This document shows positions 54,520 through 64,000 of a DNA stretch of 64,000 nt, in pieces. The first letter of the stretch is position 1, and every line of letters begins with the position of its first letter. Origin of the DNA: Mayamaea pseudoterrestris. Taxonomy: Eukaryota. The notes beneath the pieces are model-generated. The model made no database searches and was not told the origin of the DNA. It worked only from the letters and a program-made list of their open reading frames with translations. Both the position numbers and the translations under genes were made by a program. The DNA lies in the NCBI GenBank assembly GCA_027923505.1, contig BROI01000002.1, positions 1,488,001-1,552,000 of the forward strand. The letters are read 5' to 3'.

Positions 54520-56112
54520 ATGAAGCTTTTGAAGCGAAACAACAAGGACCTGGCGACTCTTACGATACTTGTCAAGAAGGATGAAAAAGACAGTTTACTC
54601 AAGACTGTCACGCCTGCAACGAGCGCAACTTCCTCGGACACGTCGTCCTCGTCGTTTTCGGGCAGCAGCAGCAATGCCAGCAGTCTTCCACCTCCGCCTC
54701 CGCCTCCATTATCGTCTCCACCGTTGAGTGACATTCACTTTACCAAGCTGACTCAAGTCGAAAGCGCCTTGACGGATCCTGTCTTTGATCGATGCAAGGA
54801 GGAAGGTTCCGAGTTGGATAAATTACTCAAAAAACATGACCAAGCGTGGCATGTCCGACCAGTCAATGACGAGGAACATTCCATTCATATCAGTGAACTA
54901 TGCTGCATCGAGGAAGTTGGTTGCTACGATGATGATACTAGTTTGGACACGTTTGTCGCCGGAAACTTGAAACGAACATCCCTTCCTACTCTGTCAGGTC
55001 TTGTTTGCTTGAATCTGTTGGAGTCGCATGAATCTGCATCGGGCGACGGACCACGCGAATGGGTGCGAGCCAGTTTGAGGCGACAAGTCAAACTTCACTT
55101 TGCGTTGCTCAAGGTTTATGAAAGATCATGCGAAAGTGTGTCATCATGTTCCAGTGGCAATACGGAGGATGGCAGCGACACGTCAATTTCGTCGGATGAC
55201 TCTTACTCGGACGAAAGCAGCTGCAGCAGCAACCATCAATCCTCCATAACTTACTCATCAAGGTCTGGATCTGCTTCCGAGTCGTCTGGTTCGTCGAATG
55301 GCTCGTTTGTAACAAAGCCTCCGAAACAAGTGCAAATTGATGCTCGCTTGAGCCAACAGCATCGAGTCAAACTAACGTTTGCACTTGACGCAGATGCTCG
55401 CGCACAAGAATGCTTGATGCGCGGCGACTATGCAAGTGCGACGCAGATTTATCGTCGCGAGATTTCCAGTTGCCGCGACTGCGCGCATCGCGCCGCAACC
55501 CTAAACAAGCTTGCCACTCTGTGCATGGCTGGCAAGTACACGGAAGATTCAGCAAAACTGGCGCTCAAGTGCTGTACCAAAGCCAGCCAGTTGCATCGAG
55601 AGAATGATAATCCCTTGCAGGGTATTGTTTCAGGCATGCAACTTGGACTGGTCCACTTTTGGAGCGAACGACGAGCCCAGGCGTTGCAGCAGTGGAAGCA
55701 AGTTATGCAAACGGCGTGTGTTTTCCTTGGCAACGATCATGCATATCTGGCACTGTTACTGAATAACATTGGCGTTTTACACTACGACAATGGAGATTTT
55801 GATGCAAGTCTGCGAGCACTGGCCGAATCGTTGAAACTGCAGCGCGCTGCGCTTGGTTGCTCCTCTCCGTCAGACGTTGAGTACGCCATTCACCAGTTGG
55901 TCTGCACCATGGGCAACATGGCGGTTGTATTCGATGAGGGAAAGAGTCAGTTTGATCGGGCCAGTGCATTGCTGCAAGAGGCTGTCTCTATGCTTGAATC
56001 GGTCGATACGTTTCCTAATGATCATATGGAGGGAACCATTTCCGATTATTTGGATAATTTGACGAAGCTTGGAGAGCGAAATAGCGGAGCAAAGAGACAA
56101 GTCTTGCTGTAA
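54520..56112 (+). CDS. TPR-repeat protein (kinesin-light-chain-like TPRs)
   Basis: AATLNKLA, LGNDHAYLALLLNNIGVLHY..G.F..SL.AL.ESL.LQR. Confidence 0.8.
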   Translation: MKLLKRNNKDLATLTILVKKDEKDSLLKTVTPATSATSSDTSSSSFSGSSSNASSLPPPPPPPLSSPPLSDIHFTKLTQVESALTDPVFDRCKEEGSELDKLLKKHDQAWHVRPVNDEEHSIHISELCCIEEVGCYDDDTSLDTFVAGNLKRTSLPTLSGLVCLNLLESHESASGDGPREWVRASLRRQVKLHFALLKVYERSCESVSSCSSGNTEDGSDTSISSDDSYSDESSCSSNHQSSITYSSRSGSASESSGSSNGSFVTKPPKQVQIDARLSQQHRVKLTFALDADARAQECLMRGDYASATQIYRREISSCRDCAHRAATLNKLATLCMAGKYTEDSAKLALKCCTKASQLHRENDNPLQGIVSGMQLGLVHFWSERRAQALQQWKQVMQTACVFLGNDHAYLALLLNNIGVLHYDNGDFDASLRALAESLKLQRAALGCSSPSDVEYAIHQLVCTMGNMAVVFDEGKSQFDRASALLQEAVSMLESVDTFPNDHMEGTISDYLDNLTKLGERNSGAKRQVLL

Positions 56113-56351
56113 GACTTGTTTGTTCTATTCGTCATGGCGCGATATTGACTTTCGCCGTAAGTATTCTGCTCACATTGCATAGCGCTGCTTGTCTTGGTCC
56201 TACGTAATGTAACTACTCGTTCAAAATATTGTTGTTGCAAACACATCTATAATAGTCTCTATTGATTAGTCAGTCTTCGTGTAGTGTTCAGCTTTGTACA
56301 GCCTCATTCGTAAACATCCTCTCAAGTCCATTTGCCCCATAGTCTGCCAAC

Positions 56352-56993
56352 TCAACGACTTCCACCCGTCGGCGAAACTTTTGCATATTCAGGAAAACCT
56401 CCCATATACTCGAGACTTGGCACCGACGAGGACGCATACTTGTAGGACGACGCTGCTGATTTACTCGTAAATCCCGGAATACTGTTTCCAACAACATCCT
56501 CCGTCCTTCCAAACACACTGGGAGCAGTCTCCTGATCATTGCACTTGTTTTCCATCAACGGACTCACAGCCGAAGGCGTTCCATTGGGACAAAAGACTCT
56601 AGAGCGTTCATTGTTCATGGGAGCAATCTCGCGCAGCTGCTGCCGGAGAGCCTTGGCGTTGGAAACTTGAATGTCGCCCGTCTTTTGTCGGCGCTCCCAG
56701 TCCTCCTCGCGGTGCGTGTAGGCCGAGTATGAAGCGTGGGCAGGGAGTGGAGATGATGCTATCGAAACTGTTGCTGCTGCTGCTGCTGCGATTGACGCGG
56801 CGATCGTAGAGCGAGTCAAAAGTTGGTCGAAAAAGTCACGCCTACTATTCTCTGCAGAAAGAGTCGTATGGGACTGGCTCGTCGGCGTCCGCGATCGTTG
56901 CGGGCCGACTGCAAATGCTAGTAGCAGCTCCAGCTGAGTTCCAAGAAGCAGTAACGCTAAGAGTAAACGTAATTGAGTCAAATTCACCATCAT
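56352..56993 (-). CDS. Putative thylakoid-lumen protein
   Basis: Signal + 'LAF', twin-arginine SRRDFF, hydrophobic stretch ending in AHA (an AxA cleavage motif). Confidence 0.7.
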   Translation of the reverse strand: MMVNLTQLRLLLALLLLGTQLELLLAFAVGPQRSRTPTSQSHTTLSAENSRRDFFDQLLTRSTIAASIAAAAAATVSIASSPLPAHASYSAYTHREEDWERRQKTGDIQVSNAKALRQQLREIAPMNNERSRVFCPNGTPSAVSPLMENKCNDQETAPSVFGRTEDVVGNSIPGFTSKSAASSYKYASSSVPSLEYMGGFPEYAKVSPTGGSR

Positions 56994-57478
56994 GGTAGTG
57001 TTCTTTAAAATTGCATAGTTGCAGTTTGAGCAAGAATCGTCTCTTCGTCAGAAGTCGTTCCTCGTCTTCACCATTCGAACTTGGCGCGCCAGCGCGCCCC
57101 GCGTGGGACAAAAGATCTCGCGCAACTAAATTGACATCGCTCCGGTACTCCATCATGTCAATAAGGTACGTAGCTAAGCTGCCTACCGGTAGTATCATAT
57201 TCAGCTAAAGACTACTGTATCAAGTTTCACGTAACTGACAGTGGTTCGTTATCAGTATTTATGAAGAAAACTAGAAGGGTCATTACTGTAAAGCTATTTA
57301 ACGCCAACTGAGGTCGCGCCACATCGACGCAGTTGGCCAATCGGGCCCAGGTTGCAAAGAGCGGCAACAAGAAAACAGTACAGTCAGTGTAAGCACATCA
57401 CTTGTCGCAAATCATATGCTAATCACTTCTTCGATACGCCTGCTGCATGGAGGAGTTGTGTTAACCACAATTTTTGCA

Positions 57479-59121
57479 TTACTCAACCTGATCATCACCA
57501 ACCACAATGTCGTCATTTATCGAAGGGCGTTGAGACGATGCACTGCTAAAGGACCAGAACCGAGTCTTTTTCTCATTCGTTTCCGGCATGCGTTCGCTTG
57601 CGCGAGGCTCCGTTTCTGGTTGCTCCAACGAGCCTACGATATAGACCAATTCTGCTTCATCATCGACCGCTCCATCACGCATGGTATCACCAAGTGTTTG
57701 TAAACGCGACTTTTGACTAGCTCGCAAGGGTTGCGATGGTTCCTTCTCCGCCTCGTCGGAACACGTGCTGTTTGCCTCTTGCGTGGCAGGCTTGGGCATT
57801 ATTTGTTCTTCCAGTTTTCGTCGTTTCGTCTCGTCCTTTCGATATTGCAGATAACGGGGTCGCAGGTAAACTAATGCTGGGCGAACGTAATCGATAGTCG
57901 AGCTGCGAGTGAGACATGGCCTTGATCAAATAGTGGAACGACTCTCACAAGTCATGAACAACTACACGTACCATTGCATATTCCCTGCGCCGGCATGAAG
58001 AGACTCACGAAAAAGAGCATGGTCCAGCGAATGGTACCATGCGTTTCCTCGTACGTTCGAGCAATCACCACGGGTGTAATGGATACGTAGAGTGCCCCGA
58101 CGTATAGATACGACTGAATGGCGAGGCGCTGCGCCACACTGAGCTTGACAGCCTCCACTTGCCATGGCTGGAGCGATGGCGGTAGCGGATTGGGTAGTCG
58201 ATCCGTCCATCGTTTCGCCTTGCTCAACATGGTCTCGGTTGGTTCGCCAGAGTTTTCGGCAGCAGCATCCGGCGCTTCCTTGACAGCAGCAGCAGGTTCC
58301 GTAAACTTTTTGGTTTGCTTTTCTTGCTGGTGGACCGAGTACCAAGTGAGGTACATGTTGATTGTGACAATGATAATGCTGATCAACTTTGGTATCAAGT
58401 CGAAGCCCCACTGATATAGTTCAATGTTATCGCCGCGGATACATGTCGGAGGATTCTCTGGCGTGCTTTTGAACGATGGGTTGCATCCTTCTATTGACGT
58501 AATATAACAAGAGTCAGTTGCACAGACAAAAGCGTCTCATGGAATCATCACCGACGCAACGATTGGTTCGTCATGATACTCACGCGGAAACGGCGCTAGC
58601 CAGCATTCAAAGTAGCCCGAGTTGAACAGCTTGAGCGACAGTGACGCAACCACGATACATACTCCCCACACCCACGGCACTATATGCAACCACGTTTCCA
58701 CCTTTCGCAGTTGCGTCGGCGTCCATCCGTGTCGAATGCGCAGCAAGTAGTAAATGCTGAGACTAGCATTGTACATGGTGGGCACCACGCCAAAGGTTGT
58801 AAACATGCCGGCGAACGCACAACTCTTGGTGTTGCCAACGTTGCCCCAAATGTAGGGCGTGTCTCTGGGAATGGGCAGCGTGCTCAGAACAAAACCAAAG
58901 GTCATGATCATGTCCGATACCGATAAACCAATCATGAGTCGCTGGTAGGTGTGAGCCGTCGAAACGATTCCGCCGCGACCGCGGACGGTCGTACGGAGTT
59001 GGCGCCAGCAGTCGTGGACAATGTAGCCCGAGCCAAGCATGCTAAAGACTCCAGTGACGCGGGGAGTCATGGCAATGGCAATGAGCTGGGCCAGTGTTGG
59101 TGGAACTTCATATGGAGCCAT
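57479..59121 (-). CDS. GPCR-like 7TM protein (cAR/Git3-like), multi-exon
   Basis: SMLGSGYIV, YQRLMIGLSVSD, GNTKSC, YNASLSIYYLL, CWLAPFP|QGC (intron about 58491-58583), QSYLYVGA, FMPAQG. The 3' exon limit is uncertain. Confidence 0.75.
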
Positions 59122-59676
59122 AATACACGTTGATGCTTTATTCGATTTGCAAAAGTGTTTTTGCTAGTGCCAAGTAGCCGCGTTGTCGCTGATTGTTGTT
59201 TGCAGTTTTGTCGGGTTGTGCCTGTCGATAGTCTCACGCTTGACGGAGAAGTGATGCTGTCCTAGCTTCTTGACCAAAAATTTTTTATCAGCGATATCTC
59301 GCTTCTCGCGGTCTATATAAGTAAGATGATGACAGCAAGAAGTTAATAACGCTAGCGATTGAGCTTATATGCTGCTGGATATGCTTGTAAATTTGTATAG
59401 CAATAAGCTTCGCGATCAACATCGCGTCGTCGCTCGCATCCGGTCACGCAGCTTGAACCAGTGCGACATCATGTTAATCGTGGAACGAGGACGATGACGT
59501 TACGGTACGACATCAGTACCGCTACGATTTTAATTCAGTTGGCCATGGTGCCTGGCCTCATTTTTCATGACAAAAGATGCCGACGACACAACTGAATGTA
59601 GAAGATACGACAACGCTCCTTGACGGAGCCAATAACTTAAGAGAGCAGCAAAAATGGGCTGCTGTGGTTATATTTA

Positions 59677-60597
59677 ATGCCATTCTGCCGCGATCAGCTC
59701 AAGTACAAAGTCGCAACATTATGTCGTTCATTGGCCGTCATGAGTCATGATCCTGCATCTCAGCCATACTTCAACGAAAAAATCTACTTTGACACGGCAA
59801 GATACAAAACTTCTACTGATTGGAACGACTTGCTACACGGCTTGCAACGAGCGGCACTGGAATCTGGGTCCATTCTGATATCGAATGGGTCAGCGAAAGG
59901 CAAAAACTCGCGGACGCACCAAATAGTCTGCAAACATCATCGTAAACAAGAAAAACATACCAAGAAGCAGTGTAAGAAAACATCATTACACAAAGACCGA
60001 TTGAATAGTCGCAGCAAGAATGGTCATGAGTTGGACCAACGGACAACAGCGCAGCTTTCTAGTGACAATGTCCACCACCATTGCCCCACGAGGATTTGCA
60101 TCATTGAGGATCCATTTGGGTTCAGTTTCATATGCGGCGGTGGAAACGCCTGTCACGAGGGGCACGACAAGCTGGACGAGCTGCAGCGCACGTTGCCCAA
60201 GCGGCTGATGAAAAAGACGGAGCAACCAACCAGCAATTACCAAGATGCAAACATGCCATGGAGCGACAATGAGGATGATGATGATGACTTCAACTTTGAC
60301 TTGACGGCTCATCATGAAGTACCGCAGGCACCTGTGGATTATTATGCGCAGATCATGCCAGTCTGCGAAGAGATGATTTCTGCCATGGAAAAAGTAGGTT
60401 GTTGTCCATCCGACTGTGATGAGGTAATAAATATTATCCAGAGCTTTACGAATCAACTTAAAGCTCAATCAGGAGCCACGAACGATAGTGGATTGCCAGC
60501 TCAAGGTGCGACTTTTTCCGGCAATGCACCTACATGTACTGATGGTAGAACACATGACCTACGTCATGGACCCAAGAAACGCAAACCGTATGAATAG
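59677..60597 (+). CDS. Hypothetical protein with Cys/His-containing N-terminal domain, possibly transposon-derived
   Basis: 306-aa ORF; C...C-x(n)-H-x2-H pattern (IVCKHH...HCPTRI...GNACHEGH); no catalytic DDE seen. Confidence 0.55.
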   Translation: MPFCRDQLKYKVATLCRSLAVMSHDPASQPYFNEKIYFDTARYKTSTDWNDLLHGLQRAALESGSILISNGSAKGKNSRTHQIVCKHHRKQEKHTKKQCKKTSLHKDRLNSRSKNGHELDQRTTAQLSSDNVHHHCPTRICIIEDPFGFSFICGGGNACHEGHDKLDELQRTLPKRLMKKTEQPTSNYQDANMPWSDNEDDDDDFNFDLTAHHEVPQAPVDYYAQIMPVCEEMISAMEKVGCCPSDCDEVINIIQSFTNQLKAQSGATNDSGLPAQGATFSGNAPTCTDGRTHDLRHGPKKRKPYE

Positions 60598-61024
60598 CTA
60601 CTGAAGCTGTACCGGTACAGTACTGCATTCTACGAGAAAGTGCCGGTCACTCACTGTTCGCCACTACCGCCACCGGACAAGTTGGTGCATCGGCAGCGGG
60701 CCGACTAGGCAAATAGCAGCGAAAAAGTCGAGCAAAGCGGCTTTGGATGAATTCCAGTTTGTCAAAACGGAGGCCGCGCTGCCATCGAACAACTACTTTG
60801 TCGCCATGTCGTTGTGACGCCTTGATAAACGCAGAACAGTAGTGGAGCACGGTGTTTAGTGCGGAGCTATTTGCTCGCTAAGTAGCTCTTGGTTTATAGT
60901 ACCTTTGCTTCAATTTGTCGTTTTGTGCATTGACCATCGAGCCAATCCGCATACCTCCTAACATCATATGCATGCTGAAGCTTTCGTTATACTTCTCACC
61001 TTTGACTTAAATAACTTATTATAT

Positions 61025-63482
61025 TTATTGGTTGTCACTTTGGTTATTCAACGTCTTCACCTTCATATGACCGCTCGTCCACAGAAACGCAGCAGCAGCA
61101 CCTCCGGCTGCGACGGCATACGGCCACACGACACGACCAAAGTACAGAAAGACACTTGCCTCACCAATGCTATCCACTTCGTAGGCACATCGCCAAAGAC
61201 CTCCATGGAATGAGCCGTACGAAAACAACTGATTAGGATTGCTCAGCTTTACCTTTGGATTGCCGACGCTCCTTGGGTCATTCAAGTCGTAAAAGAGTAT
61301 TGCCGACATGACGGCGTTGGAAGTTTCCGGAGCAAATATTTCAAACGGCTTGAAATAAGGCATGCCCTCGTAGGCCCATGCAAAGGTACGGTTCTGCACG
61401 ACCGAGAGAGTCGACGTGGATGGAGCAATGTTGGACGAAACGATGCAGTTCTTGCTGCGCGCAATAATTGCCCTCCAGTGCTGCATTCGCTTGGCAAGCG
61501 CATAGTTTGGGCCTTGTGCAACGCTAATACCATTCACAAGGTAGTAGTCACCTCCTTCTCCCTTAACGGAAGGTTTGACGTTTGATATGAGTTTACTCCC
61601 GCCGCTCAAAAGTCGGATTAACATGCCTGCGCAATAGAACCGTCGAGACAAGGTAAGGACAAAGTCAAAAGGTACAGTTATAACAAATAGCAGAGCCCAG
61701 ATACATAGACTTACAGTAGGGATCTTTCGAATACTCTTGTAAATGATCTTTCTGTGCCAGGTGGGCTTCCTCGGGGATCAAATGCAAATCTGTTGGAGTG
61801 CACAAGTATGCGAGACTTGTGTTTGAGCGTTTCTCACTCAAATCGCGACAGATGGAGTCCATGGCCAAGGACACTTGCACATGAAGAGCGCCATTCAAGT
61901 AAGCGTAGCTGCCAACGGTGAAAGGCTTGCCCTTGTACAAATCCATGAGCCAGTCGCGAATCATGGGTGTGTCTGTGAACAAGTTGCAACCTGCGTTCTC
62001 AATGACAGCATCTTCCGACTTGCAATCTTTCTGCTCGCACTTCATGGGGAATGTGATACTACCTGATGAATTTTTAGCAATGTCAATCAAACGCTTCCAT
62101 ATTTGTGGCCTGTCGAGGTCAATCGCAATCACGTTCGCGCCGAGCGCCATGAGCACCAACAGCGGACCCATGGCTGATCCAGCCCCCAGCAACACAAAGT
62201 AGCGGTCCGATACGTCGAGCCACTTTGGATTCTCCGCACACTTTTTAATGGCGTCACCGCAGCTTGGTTCAATCGTGCCATATGAAACCCATGCGTCGAC
62301 TTGATCCATGAGCTCTTTTCCATGCAGCGTTTTTCCCTTGTACGGAATCTCCAGCCGGTCCGTCCGTTGCTTGCCTTGACCTTGAATGAATCCCGTGTGA
62401 AATGTTTCACTTCCACTAGCTTTGCCGGCCATGGCGTCCTTGAAACTCGTGGACGTTCCATCCGGTGCGACAAACTCGAACAGTTCGTACGCCTTGTTTA
62501 AACCAGCTTGCGCAATTTTCAAGGCTGCCTCTGGACTTTTACACTGCTCCTCCACCATGGCGCGCAAATGCTTGGTGTACTGGAACCGCCAGTGGCGACT
62601 GCGTAAGACGGCGCTCGCCTTGGTTGGATTGACTGCGCCCACGGCCGCCGCAACAATCTGCTGGTTGATCTTGGTGGAGGATCGCTCGCCCTTACTATCG
62701 AGTGGCCATACCAGTCCACGCGGTGGTGGCGGAAGCTTGGCGAACCTCTTTTTAAAGGCACTCTTGCGGTTTCCAACCATGTTGAGAATCATAAACGGAG
62801 ATCCGACAAAGTAAACGGCAGGAAGAATTTTGCCGTACAAGACTGCGGCAAACGGACCAAACATGTGTAACAAAGCTCCATCCGACGCGGCCTTGAAAAA
62901 CACAGTGAGCTCGCCAGTAATGCCGGATGGATACAGTACGGCAAAGAGCGAGTATCGGAGCCAAAATAGCCAGTATGGTGTCCTCTTGGTGGCATCGCCA
63001 GTCAGTATGGCCAAAATGTAAAAGGCGTAGCGCGGCACTTCCACGAGCGACCACGACAGAATCATGAGTCCGGCTCCCCATTGCGCTATTATTAAAAGAA
63101 GAAACATGATTGAGAAAGAGAATCAATACTATCAATCTTGTTTATTTTCACAATAAGACTCGCTCTCACCTTGCGCGGACGGAGCGTACGCCACGGCCAG
63201 TAGCGCGAAGATGCGACTCCCCACTTGCATGGCCGTCACCAAAACGGGCGATCGGACCAGTTTCAGCATGGCATGCACCACCTCCATGATTGCCGCCATT
63301 TGCGTGTACCACAGCAACTGAGCCATGTGGGACGCAGCGTAAACGTGCGACAGCGCATCCGTCACGTTGGTGTTTGCAGCCAAGTCGGAGAAGATGGATT
63401 GCACGGCAATCTTGCAAATGAGCGCCCATCCAGCACAGCAGAGGAAATTATAAAGGATTAGATATGCGTCCTTCGGATCCAT
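61025..63482 (-). CDS. Very-long-chain 3-hydroxyacyl-CoA dehydratase (PTPLA/PHS1/PAS2 family) fused to a large Rossmann-like domain, 3 exons
   Basis: YLILYN, Q..AIMEVVHAM..LVRSP..TAMQV.SR, WSLVEVPRYAFY, WLRYSLFAVLYPSGITGE (catalytic Y/E). Continues in frame to VLLGAGSAMGP...ANVIAIDLD. Confidence 0.85.
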
Positions 63483-64000
63483 GATGGTGAATGGTGATGA
63501 ATGTAAAGAGGCAAGTTTTAATGATCAACAATATATAAAGTTACGGCGCAGCCTTTCCTTTGTCCATGGTGAATGACGAACGATGCATGGCGCGGCACCG
63601 CGGCGCGCCAATCCTTTCATTGCGACATCAACAAGAGCCATTTCAGTAACGCTTCAAAATTAGTAGCTATCGTCACAATCCCAATGCCGAACTTTGAAAA
63701 TGGCGCCGCATCAGCTTCAGATAACGAGCATCTTGTTGCTGGCGTGCCGCATCAATTATCGCCAATGGCATTGACAGCTTATAGCTTGTTTTATTGTTTC
63801 AATGGCATTACAGGCGTCTCGATGAGAGTGTGGACAAGTACGTGGAACGTCGCCATGCAAACAGTTGTGCCAAACGAGGTCCGCTGGGGCGGTTTGCATC
63901 ATTGCTTTCGCCATGGTGACGGGCGGTTGTCAAGTACCGGTAGAGTGTGTGGGTTGTGGATTTTGGGATCGGACTGGATCACAAATCGCGACGCGCTGGA

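Overview
Gene-dense eukaryotic nuclear DNA, most likely from a diatom. This is inferred from short GT-AG introns, compact intergenic spacers, several signal-peptide + 'xF' bipartite plastid presequences, and diatom-type LRR, GPCR and Harbinger genes. About 25 protein genes are supportable: RRP12, BTB, sulfotransferase, sulfatase, PrsW-type protease, KH protein, F-box-like, cold-shock protein, LRR, t-SNARE, RimP-like, SLC35F transporter, TPR, 7TM receptor, a 3-hydroxyacyl-CoA dehydratase fusion, and hypotheticals. Three things stand out. (1) A circularly permuted tRNA-Cys(GCA) gene at 2015-2095: the 3' half lies upstream of the 5' half, and the flanks form a bulge-helix-bulge-like splice motif at position 37/38. 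(2) A tandem pair of paralogous genes at 27524-36085 encoding SUMO-interaction-motif arrays, a degenerate MTase-like domain, a Tudor-like domain and a compact C5-cytosine methyltransferase; one copy has a single in-frame TGA. (3) A 2-kb PIF/Harbinger-group DNA transposon at about 40107-42113 with perfect TIRs, an intact accessory gene and a 5'-truncated transposase. All product calls come from motif recognition by eye; no database searches were run.
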